Below are positions 14,252-25,060 of a DNA stretch of 64,000 nt, piece by piece. Within the stretch, counting starts at the first letter, position 1, and the number at the start of each line of letters is the position of its first letter. The position numbers and the translations under genes were made by a program. This DNA comes from Mobula hypostoma (Eukaryota). The notes below the pieces were generated by a model, which saw nothing but the letters and a program-made list of their open reading frames with translations, had not been told where the DNA came from and did no database searches. The DNA is taken from assembly GCF_963921235.1 (NCBI RefSeq), contig NC_086097.1, positions 176,082,001 to 176,146,000 on the forward strand. Direction: 5' to 3'.

Positions 14252-15747
14252 ATGGCGAATGTTTGGCGCCAGAAAAATAACCAGACCGATGGTGGTGGTG
14301 TCACCTAAAATCACCGAAGTCTCCGGCAGCAGGGAGATGGATTCCAAGCTTTGGTGGAGGATTGTCTTTGTTCAACAACAGCAAAGGTTGGGCGACGTCT
14401 AGTGTATGAATCGCAATTGGGAACACCAATAGAGGTCAAATGCTGTAGTTAGATGAGCACTGCGGCAACAGAAGGCAACGGCAAACCACTGTTGAACTTT
14501 CTGCCTAGTCAATCATGGAAAGAAACAAAAGAAGGAAACCAGACAACGGCGTGAATGGAGTTGAGTCTAATCAACAGAACAACACCTCGCTCGGTAGGGG
14601 TAGTCATGTGCTGCAGGTGACACCAGACCATCATCCAGAGACTGTAAGCAATAGGGAAAGGCTAAGGGTAGCAACATGGAACATCCGTACACTTCACCAG
14701 AAAGGAAAGTTGGACAACACATTAAATGAAATGAAAAGGTTGGAAGTTGATATCTTAGGCCTGTCAGAAATTAGAAATTAGATGGACCGACAGTGGCAAA
14801 TTCACTAAGAATAGTTCTCTGATAGTTCTCTGATAATGTATTCTACAGCGTGTGTATGGAGTTGGAATTATTTTAGTTAAATTAAGGGATAACCCTTTTA
14901 ACATTAGCATAATCCAAGCCTACGCACCAACAAATAATGCAGATGAAGAGGATATCAATAAGTTTTGAAGATCTCGACAGTGCTTATGAGCAATGTAAAT
15001 CTCATGATATAAAACTGGTCATGGGAGATTTTAACACCAAAGTTGGACAGGAAAGGGCCCTTTGGATTAGGAAAGAAAAATGAAAATGGAGAAGGGTTTA
15101 CTGATTGGTGTGTCAGAAACAACCAAGTGACCACCAATACTTGATATAAAAACTATCCATGTAGATTATGTACTTGGATTAGCCCTGGAGATAGAACAAG
15201 GAATCAAATAGATTTCATTACCATCAATGAACACTTTAGAAATAATATCACAAATTCTAAAGCTACCCAGGAGCAGTCTGTGGTTCAGATCATCATCCAG
15301 TAACAGCTACTATTAAAACAAAATTAAAGAAACTGAAACGTGGAAAAAAGAGAAAGTATATGTTGGGAGAACTTAAAAAAGATAGCATACTTAAGCAACA
15401 ATTCAGGACAGCTGTAGAAGAACATTTCAACAAAAACATAACAACACCTATTTGGGACAGATTTAAGTATGCTATACAGCGATCAGCAGAGGAGATAATC
15501 CCAGTACAAGAAATCCAACACACCAACAAGGGGTGGGTAACCCAAGAACTTCTAGATCTGATGGAACAAAGAAGCTTAGTGAAGAATAATGAAGTGCAAT
15601 ACAGAGAGCTAGACAGACAGACCAGACAATTATACAATATTGCAAAGGAAGAATGGCTGAATCAAAAATGCAATGAAGTAGAAGGCCATATTAACAACAG
15701 CAAAGAAATGCACAAGAAAATCAAGGAAATTACTGGAATTAAGAAAC
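14110..15747 (+). mobile_element. RTE-clade LINE 5' portion (5' UTR, APE endonuclease, linker); RT and 3' end absent
   Basis: GAAGGCAACGGCAAACCACT 5' UTR motif; RVATWNIRTL..DILGLSE, IIQAYAPT, MGDFNTKVG, NQIDFI, GSDH APE motifs with stops and frameshifts. Confidence 0.9.
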
Positions 15748-16262
15748 CGTCTATCCACGGCCTCCTCTACTGTAAAGATGAAGCCACACTTAGGTTGGAG
15801 GAACAACACCTTATATTCCGTCTGGGTAGCCTCTGTCCTGATGGCATGAACATCGACTTCTCTAACTTCCGCTAATGCCCCACCTCCCCTTTGTACCCCA
15901 TCCGTTATTTATTTATATACACATATTCTTTCTCTCCTTTTTCTCCCTTTGTCCCTCTGACTATAGCCCTTGCCCATCCTTTGGGTCCCCCCCCCATCTT
16001 TCTCCCTGGACCTCCTGTCCCATGATCCTCTCATATCCCTTTTGCCAATCAACTGGTCCAGCTCTTGGCTCCATCCCTCCCCCTCCTGTCTTCTCCTATC
16101 GTTTTGGATCTCCCCTCCCCCTCCCACTTCCAAATCTCTTTACTAGCTCTTCCTTCAGTTAGTCCTGACAAAGGGTCTCGGCCCGAAACGTCGACTGTAC
16201 CTCTTCCTAGAGATACTGCCTGGCCTGCTGCGTAAACCAGCAACTTTGATGTGTGTTGTTTC
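15748..16262 (+). mobile_element. Penelope-like element 3' end / pseudo-LTR
   Basis: SIHGLLYCKDEATLRLEEQHLIFRLGSL..NIDFSNFR*; near-identical to 34360-34905 and 39801-40315. Confidence 0.9.
16161..16196 (+). ncRNA. Minimal type-I hammerhead ribozyme (core G->A variant)
   Basis: AGTC-CTGACAA-AGGGTCTCGGCCC-GAAA-CG-TC-GACT; differs from the CUGANGA core at one base. Confidence 0.7.
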
Positions 16263-18421
16263 ATATGGATGGCATACAAGTTTTTTTTCTGTGCCTCAGT
16301 ACATATGAAAATTTTAATCAATTCGTCAATTTACCATTTTACTAGTTTAACAATTTTTAAGTCAACTTACACAACCCCACTTCTACCTCAGGAACGGAAT
16401 ATTACAGATCACCTTTTGTGCTACCATGGACTTGTCTCTGCTTGTGTCTTTTATTTGTACTCTACAAACATGACTGCTTTTTTTTCAGTCCTTTTTTTTC
16501 CTCTCCCTCTTCACTCCCTCTTCAATGTCTTTTAAAAAATCAGTGTAATTGATTTTCTGTGTGTTGTCTGCACCGTGATGCAGCTGCAAGCGAGATTTTC
16601 ATTATACCTGTACAACACTGTGCTTGTGCACATGACAGAAGCTAGACTTGCCTTGTTCTCTCCAGATTCACTCTTCAGTTCCCTCTGAAGACCTCCCTCC
16701 TTCCATCCTCCACAAAATTTTGATCACCTAGGACTTGGCTCTTACCTGCTTAACTATCACAATGTCCTATTTGCTCATCAGCCTTGTGAACGTTAACTTT
16801 CACCATCACTGCTTCAGCAACATTGCCTCTTCTTTCCACTTGGGTTTGGTGCACGTCAAGCCTTTGTTTATCGATTACACTTTCACATTCAACACAATCA
16901 TCCTCTCAGTAATACCCAACAAGCTTCAAAGCCTGGGCCTCTGCGCCTCCCCCGGCAACTGGATCCTTGATATCCTTATTGGGAGACTACAGTCAGTGCA
17001 GATTGGTAGTAACATTACCAAAACGGAACCATAGGTGCAATAACAATATTTAAAAGATGCTTAGACAAGTATATTGTTAGGAGAGGTTCAGAGGGATATA
17101 GACCAAATGCAGGCAGATGGGATGAGCTCAGATGGATATTTGGTCAGTTTAGACCAGTTGGGCCAAAGGTCCTGTTTCCATGCTGAATTACTCTGTGAAT
17201 TTAATCCAAACATAGGAAGGTCATATCCAGTATAACCTTTTTAAAACAACAGCTGAAATGTTTTGCATTCAGTTCTGTTCACTGCTTTATGGAAATGATA
17301 TGGAGGCATTGGAGATTTTGCAGAAAAGATTTATGAGAGTCATCATTGATAAGAGGGACTAGGAGAGATTCGAGTGGTTGGGGATGGTTAGAGAAGAGGG
17401 CAGACTTGATGGAAGTAAATTAAATGATGAAAGGTCTGGACAGAGTTAAGAGTGGAGTGGAAGGATTTTCACATTGCTGGTGTGTATAATAAAGGGGAAG
17501 GGGAATAAAAGTGACACAAAGATATTTTCCTTCACACTTCATATTTCATCTAGGTGGTAGAAACATAGAAACATAGAAAACCTACAGCACAATACAGGCC
17601 CTTTGGCCCACAAAGCTGTGCCGAACATGTCCTTACCTTAGAAGTTACCTAGGGTTACCCATAGCCCTCTATTTTTCTAAGCTCCATGTACCTATCCAGG
17701 AGCCTCTTAAAAGACCGAATCGTACCCGCCTCCACTGCAGTCACCTGCAGCCCATTCCACACACTCACACTCACTGCGTATAAAAAAATCTTACCCCGAC
17801 ATCTCCTCTGTACCTACTTCCAAGCACCTTAAAGCTGTGCCCTCTAGTGCTAGCCATTTCAGCCCTGGGAAAAAGCTTCTGACTATCCACAATATCAATG
17901 CCTCTCATCATCTTATACACCTCTATCAGATCACCTCTCATCCTCTGTCGCTCCAAGGAGAAAAAGCCAAGTTCACTCAACCTATTTCTCACAAGGCATG
18001 CTCCCTAATCCAGGCAACACCTTTGTAAATCTCCTCTGTACCCTTTCTGTGGTTTCATATCCTTCATATAGTGAGGTGACCAGAACTGAGCACAGTACTC
18101 CAAGTGGGGTCTAACCAGGGTCCTATATAGCTGCAACATTACCTCTCAGGTCCTAAACTCAACCCCACGATTGATGCATCATGATTGAGGCAGTGTCCAT
18201 TATTAAGGACCTCCAGCACCCAGGGCATATACCATTCTCTCACTGTCACCATCAGGTAGGAGGTACAGAAGTCTGAAGGCACACACTCAGCAATTCAGGA
18301 ACAGGTTCTTCCCCTCTGCCATCCGATTCTTAAATGGACATTGAAGCTCTGGACACTAACTTACTTTTTAAATACACAGTATTTCTGTTTTGCACATTAT
18401 TTAAAATCTATTCAATATATG

Positions 18422-19629
18422 TGTAACCCTCAGGCTCGCCCAGCTCATGTTTGTTGAGGGGAATCAGCCTTTGGCCCCGCCAAACTGGGTAATCGCGTTT
18501 GTGTGGATGTTGTGTAGTGTACCCCCAGTTACAATCCCACAACGCAAAATATCAGACAGATGATGGCAGCACAACGCAGTGTACGCGGCCGCTCCGAAAT
18601 GATGTCATATTTGTTAAGTAGGGGCTGTGCACAATCCTGATTTGATTGAGACAGACGTGAGAGCACGGAGGAACATTTGCAGAAACTTCTGAAATACCTG
18701 CTTCACTGCCGCTGCTACTGTGCGACCGAGAATCTCTGGAGGGGAAGGCCCCAAATCCTTGGCTTTGACTGTTGCCGGGGCCGGGGTTGAAGCACTCGGC
18801 AGAGATGGTGCTCGGTTCTTGGTGTCAGAGGGCTGGTAGGAGGCTCGAAGTTTTCAGACGGACTCAAGAGTCGGCTGTGGTCCGATGCTTCCGGGGTGCT
18901 GCATCGGCAAGTTTGCGGCGCTGGAGGTTCATAGCAGGGAGAGATTCTCCCTTCTACCGTCTGCTTGAGATGATGGGACTTTCGAGAGACTTTGAGACTT
19001 TTTTTTACCGTGCCCATGATCTGTTCTTTATCAAATTACGGTATTGTTTTGCACTGTTGTAACTATATGTTATAATTACATGGTTTTTGTCAGATTTTTT
19101 AGACTTGGTTTGTCTTGTGTTTTTGTGATATCATTCTGGCGGAACATTGTATCATTTCTTAATGCCTGCGTTACTAAATGACAATAAAAGAGAACTGCAT
19201 GTCCTCATAATCTAATCTAATGTAATTAAATGACAGACATTATGAATCTTAATCTGAATATAGGGTTAGTAATGAAAATAAACAACAAAAAAAAGGCCTA
19301 AGTCAAAGTCAAAGTCAAAGTCTCTTTGGAGCTCACTCAGTAGTCATCCTTCCACTATCGATTTCCTCCAAATGTCACCGACCTTCGGACCCTCAGATCC
19401 CAGTCCACTCTGTCTGGTGGTCTACCAGCTCTCTCCACACGCGTCTTCACTCTTCATCTCTCCTTGACAAAAGATCGCGAAAACAACATCTTTCCAGATA
19501 CACAAGACAAAACAACAATCCCCGATTGGCTAATAGTCCTCTTATCTCTAGCAATAACCCAAACATTGCTGCTACAGAGAAACTGTTACCTCAGCAATGA
19601 ACATTAAAAAAAGCAAAGAAGCCATTACA
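18422..19629. mobile_element. Probable solo LTR (~540 bp after removing the nested retroposon)
   Basis: TGTAA...TTACA termini; 4-bp flanks TATG/CACG, both derivable from TACG; the host 3' UTR is continuous across it. Confidence 0.6.
18558..19226 (+). mobile_element. Non-coding non-autonomous retroposon, copy 2
   Basis: Colinear with 2217-2892 over its length; same GTCCTCAT(AATCT)n end. Confidence 0.8.
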
Positions 19630-20977
19630 CACGTAATTGATTTATTTGTTTATTTATGATTATGTTTTATTTTATTCATTTTTTTTCTCTTTCTCTCTGC
19701 TAGACTATGTATTGCATTGAACTGCTGCTGCTAAATTAAAAAATTTCATGTCACATGCCTGTGGTAATGAACCTGATTCTGATTCTGATCAAGGCCAATG
19801 CACTGTATGCTTTCTTACCACAGAGTCAACCTGCGCAGCAGATTTGAGTGTCCTATGGACTCGGACCCCAAGATCCCTCTGATCCTCCACAAGAGTCTCC
19901 AATCTATTAACGTGAACATCTATCTCTCTAACATCTGGTAACCACTCCTCCCCACCTCCTAATTTCTTGAGCATGCCCACAAGAAAATGACTCTCAGGGT
20001 TGTACATGGTGACAAACATGTACTTTACTTTTACTTTGAACTGTTATGAAAATAGTCTACACTTGTCTTCATTCTTCCATAAATCTTTGAAGGTGGTGTC
20101 ACAGGTAGACAAGGTCATAAAGAGAGCTTTAGGCACATTGGCCTTCATAAACCAAAGTATTAAATATTATGCTGAGGTTGCATAAGATGTTGGTGAGGCA
20201 AAATTTGAAGTATTGTGCATAGGTCTGGTCATCTACTTACAGGAAAGATTTCAATAAGATTGAAAGAGTGCAAAGGAAATTTACAAGGATGTTTGTTGCC
20301 AGTACTTAAAAGGTTGGCTATGAAAGGTCTTTGTTCCCTGAAGTGCAGGGGAATGAGGGGAAGATTTGTTAGAGGTATACAAAATTATGAGGAGTACAGA
20401 CATGGTAAACACAAGCAGGTTTTTTTCCATTGAGGTTAGGTGAAACGAGAGCTAAAGGTCATAGGGTAAGGGTGAAGGGTGAAATATTTAGGGGAAGCCG
20501 AAGGGAACAACTTCATTCAGAGGGTGGTGTGAGTGTAATGAGCTGCTGGTGGAGGTGCTGGATGCTAGTTCAATGAGAAGTTTGGATAAATACATAGATG
20601 TGAGGGGTGTGGAGGGCTATGTTCTAGATGCAAGCCAATATGACCAGGCAGAATAATAGTTTGGCATGGACTAGAGGAGCTGAAAAGCATCTCCCTCTGG
20701 TGTCCCTCCTCCTTCTCTTTTTTCCTTGGTCCACTGTCCTCACCTATTAGATTCCTTCTTCATCCCCTTAATTCTTCCACCCCGTCAACTCCCAGCTTCA
20801 TCACCCCTCCTCCACACATCCCCTCTCTGTCACCTAGTTTCACCTAACACCTACCAACTGTACTCCATCACCAATCCCTCCCATCTTCTTATTCTTGATT
20901 CTTTCCCCTTCCTTGATTCAGAGGGGTAGGTTCAGAATCAGAAGATGAATCAGATCGATTATCACTGGCTTATATTA

Positions 20978-21471
20978 CAAGGGTGATTGATAAGTTCGTG
21001 GCCTAAGGTAGACGGAGTCAATTGTAGAAAACCTAGAACATTTATTTTCAACATAGTCCCCTCCTAAATTTACACACTTAGTCCAGCAGTTGTGGAGCAT
21101 ACGGATCCCTTCTTTGTAGAAGTTGGCATCTCAGACCTCCAGAAGTAGTCCATAGCAGGGGTGATTGATAAGTTCGTGGCCCAAGGTAGGCGATGAGTTA
21201 TACAGCCCTCGTTACATGCATGTGCAGTTCAACTCTTTGACTGATTACACAGAAAGTTTGAAGTTAATAACTCATCTCCTTCTACCTTAGGCCACGGACT
21301 TATCATTCACCCCTGCTGTGGACCACTTCTACAAAGAAGGGATCTGTATGCTCCACGACCGCTGGACTAAGTGTGTAAATGTAGGAGGGGACTATGTTGA
21401 AAAATAAATCTGCTAGGTTTTCTAAAATTGACCCGTTTACCTTAGGCCACGAACTTATCAATCACCCCTGG
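20978..21471. mobile_element. Mariner-derived palindromic MITE
   Basis: TA flanks (20976-77, 21472-73); TIR GGGTGATTGATAAGTTCGTGGCCTAAGGTA; the arms contain the mariner C-terminus FYKEGICMLHDRWTKCVNVGGDYVEK*. Confidence 0.9.
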
Positions 21472-21700
21472 TATGTGAAATCTGTTGTTTTGTGGTAACT
21501 GTTCAGTGCAAACTTAAAATTACCATAAATTACAAACTGTGAAAAGCGTCGTTTGTATTAACAACCAAGGGTGCATTGGGGACAGCTGCAAGTATTGCCA
21601 CACATTCCAATACCAACATAGCATGCCCATAACTCTTGGCAGAACAAAACAGAACACCATTATCAACAAACACATACCCACACACCTACACACACACACA

Positions 21701-22790
21701 CTTCTTCTTCTTTGGTTGTCCATTGAAATCCGATGACGATGTCCACTCCTTTAACAGTGAGATCTTTGATGACTATACAGTCCTATCCTGGACCCACAAG
21801 CTCTATTGCAGGTGGGACATGTATATGTGGTAGTGGTGGCAACCATGGCTGCATTCCTCCTGGCTCTCTTCTGCTTGTTCTTTCCATCTCCAGAATATGA
21901 AACCCATCTCTACACAGCTGTCGCCAAGTGGTACAGTCAGCAGCAACATCCTCCAGGTTCTCGGGTCTGATCTTGCACTTCCTTCAAGCATTCTTCATCT
22001 GATCCTTATAGCGCTTCTTCGGCCTTCCAGCTGAGCAGCGACCATGATGCAGCTGGCCGTATAACACTCTGTGGGGTAGCCGATATGGGGGCATCCTTAT
22101 CACGTGCCCCAGCCACTGCAGCTGGCGCTGGGTGATCATGGCCTCAATACTCCTGCAGTTGGTCTTTACAAGTATTTCAGTGTGAGGCACTCGCTCACGC
22201 CAGGTAATTCCCAGGATGCGCTGGAGGCAGCTTATGTGGAAGCGCTCCAAGGACTTGATGTGACGGCTGTAGGTTACCCAAGCTTCACAGCTGTAAAGGA
22301 GGGTGGTGACACAGACTGCTTGGTATACGGTGACCTTTGTGGAGGGACGAAGGCTCCTGTTCTGAAAGACTCTACACCGAAGTCTCCCAAAGGCAGCTGA
22401 TGCCTGTTTAATGCTGCTCTTCATGTCGTTGTTAATGCCACTATCCTCAGAGAGAATGCTCCCAGATATTTGAAAGATGGCACTACTGACAGCTTTTCAC
22501 CACCAACAGTGAAGGCAGGTAGAGTGGGTGGGATACTGGTACTCCACTGGCAAACTACTTCTGTCTTGGTGGTATTGACAGTCAGCCCCATCCTGCTGTA
22601 CACTCTCACCACCACAGCAAGGACAGTCTGAGGATCCTACAGAGTATGGGCCACAAGAACACAGTCGTCCACATACTGCAGCTTCAGGACCCGCTCTCTA
22701 TGGAGTTTGGTGGTTGCGTGGAGCCTCCTGATGTCAAAGAGGTTACCATCTAATCTGAAGTCCACTGCCACACCGCTGCTGTCTTCAATT
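21701..22790 (-). mobile_element. RTE (BovB/Expander-like) LINE, RT C-terminal half and 3' end
   Basis: LQYVDDC, FKYLG, ASAAFGRL..TLLYSCEAW, terminal YTCPTCNRAC..HQRSH zinc finger, (GAA)n tail. Confidence 0.9.
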
Positions 22791-23829
22791 CCATTTGTGT
22801 GGGTTAGAGTATTTGCTCACAGGGTGCGTGTGAAGTGTCTAGTGCAGTAGTGTAGTATTGTTTGTAGTTAGTGCATGCTGCAGGCTGTATGCCGCATAGT
22901 GCTCTCTGCTTGCTACTCTCTGCTTACAGCTATTGCCGCTGGCTAGCCTTCTTAATAGAGGGTGAAAAGAGGGGCCGAGTGTGTACGCCTCCTCCTGCCA
23001 GTACAGAGCCTCTCCACCACTAAGACTCCTGCAGTGCCTCCTTCAATCTCAGGACAGGCCGTCTTCAGCCTCTAGCAGTCTCAGACTTGGGCTGCAACTT
23101 CCTAAGCAGTCTTGCAGAGACTTGCAGGCTTAGGGTTCTGGCCACCAGGCCTTGACTTCCAGAATTCTGATCGATCTTCTGGCCTCAGTTCTCAACAATG
23201 TCCCCAGGACCCCTTAATCACCAAACACGAGGCCGTTATCAATAAAGTAGAACTGTTGGTGTGCCTTCTTCTTGATTACTTCAATATGTTGGTCTAGGAT
23301 AGATCCTCCAAGGCATTGATGCTCAGGAACTTGAAACTGACCATCCTTTCCACAGCTGGTCCTGCAAATAGTCATAGTGATACTTTATTGATCCCGGGGG
23401 AAATTGGTTAAATGAGGACTCATGTGTGTTCTCCCAATCTCCTCTTCCTGAAGTCCACAATCAAGTATGAGGTTGTTATTGTGACACCACTCAACTAGCT
23501 GATCTCTCTCATTCCTATGTGCCTCTTATATGGGATCACCATATCAAGTTCTACCAATATCATCGGCAATTATATTTTTTCGGGACAAAATTTTCATACA
23601 GAGAGCGGTGGGTGTCTGGAACACACTGCCAGTGATAGCGATGGAGGCAGATACAATAGAAGTACTTAAGAGTGAATATACATAGAATGGAGAGGTATAG
23701 ACCAGGTGCTGGAAGAAGGGGTTAGTTTAATTATGTCATTCAGCACAACATCATGGTCCAAAGGGCCTGTTTTTGTGCTCCGTTGTTCTGTGTTCTATGT
23801 TCTACATTCTAGGTTTTATGTTGTCCCAC

Positions 23830-25060
23830 TGACTGATAATCCAACCCAGCTCCCACCGCATATTTTAAAGTTCCCTTGTCTTTAAATCTCCTAATGGTCT
23901 GAGACCAGAGCACATCACAGAATTCTTTTCGTTTTATATTCCTGCTCGAGCTCTCAGGTCTTTTTCTGCCAGTCTCTTAAATTTACACAATCTCCCCCAA
24001 AAGATAATCAAGAGGTCAGGTTTTTTTAACTACACTCCTGAACTGTGTACCTTAATTCCTGCAGACTCAGTTGACAGTTTTAAATATATTTTTTGTCTTT
24101 ATTTTCATATTTATTTCTTTTTTATATCTTGTTTTGATATTTGTTCTTTTATCCCAATGTAAAGTGCTTTTATTGCTTTACATCATCTGTTATTGTGGAT
24201 AAATGTGAAGTTATCCACTTTGGTGGCAAAAATAGGAAAACAGATTATTATCTGAATGGTGGCCGATTAGGAAAAGGGGAGGTGCAACGAGACCTGGGTG
24301 TCATTATACACCAGTCATTGAAAGTGGGCATGCAGGTACAGCAGGCGGTGAAAAAGGCGAATGGTATGCTGGCATTTATAGCGAGAGGATTCGAGTACAG
24401 GAGCAGGGAGGTACTACTGCAGTTGTACAAGGCCTTGGTGAGACCACACCTGGAGTATTGTGTGCAGTTTTGGTCCCCTAATCTGAGGAAAGACATCTTT
24501 GCCATAGAGGGAGTACAAAGAAGGTTCACCAGATTGATTCCTGGGATGGCAGGACTTTCATATGAAGAAAGACTGGATGAACTGGGCTTGTACTCGTTGG
24601 AATTTAGAAGATTGAGGGGGGATCTGATTGAAATGTATAAGATCCTAAAGGGATTGGACAGGCTAGATGCAGGAAGATTGTTCCCGATGTTGGGGAAGTC
24701 CAGAACGAGGGGTCACAGTTTGAGGATAGAGGGGAAGCCTTTTAGGACCGAGATTAGGAAAAACTTCTTCACACAGAGAATGGTGAATCTGTGGAATTCT
24801 CTGCCACAGCAAACTGTTGAGGCCAGTTCATTGGCTATGTTTAAGAGGGAGTTAGATATGGCCCTTGTGGCTACAGGGGTCAGGGGGTATGGAGGGAAGG
24901 CTGGGGCGGGGTTCTGAGTTGAATGATCAGCCATGATCATAATAAATGGCAGTGCAGGCTCGAAGGGCCGAATGGCCTACTCCTGCACCTATTTTCTATG
25001 TTTCTATGTTTCTATGTATGAAAGTGCTGTATAAATAAATTCATTATTATTATTATTATA
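23830..25060 (+). mobile_element. L2 LINE 3' fragment interrupted by a CR1
   Basis: FKSPNGLRPEHITEFFSFYIPARALRS-like remnant; ends ATAAATAAA..(ATT)n after the CR1. Confidence 0.6.
24192..25016 (+). mobile_element. Young 5'-truncated CR1 LINE
   Basis: Uninterrupted frame VDKCEVIHFG...[15 protein letters not shown]...WNSLP to the stop at 24917; (TTTCTATG)n tail. Confidence 0.95.

Larger units (their letters stand above)
18177..19789 (+). mobile_element. Rex1/Babar-type 3' fragment hosting a solo LTR
   Basis: IIKDLQHPGH..PSGRRYRSLKAHTQQFRN-like sequence; (TGATTC)n tail at ~19775-19789. Confidence 0.8.
17560..19892 (-). mobile_element. CR1 3' end, interrupted at 18177-19789
   Basis: ORF 17771-17992 matches 56912-57211; (TTTCTATG)n tail at 17560; CR1 sequence resumes at 19790. 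Confidence 0.9.

Noticed and set aside
15360..15875. 171-aa ORF as a functional fusion protein
   Set aside because: It is RTE linker plus the Penelope C-terminal tail; the upstream APE is broken and no complete domain is present.
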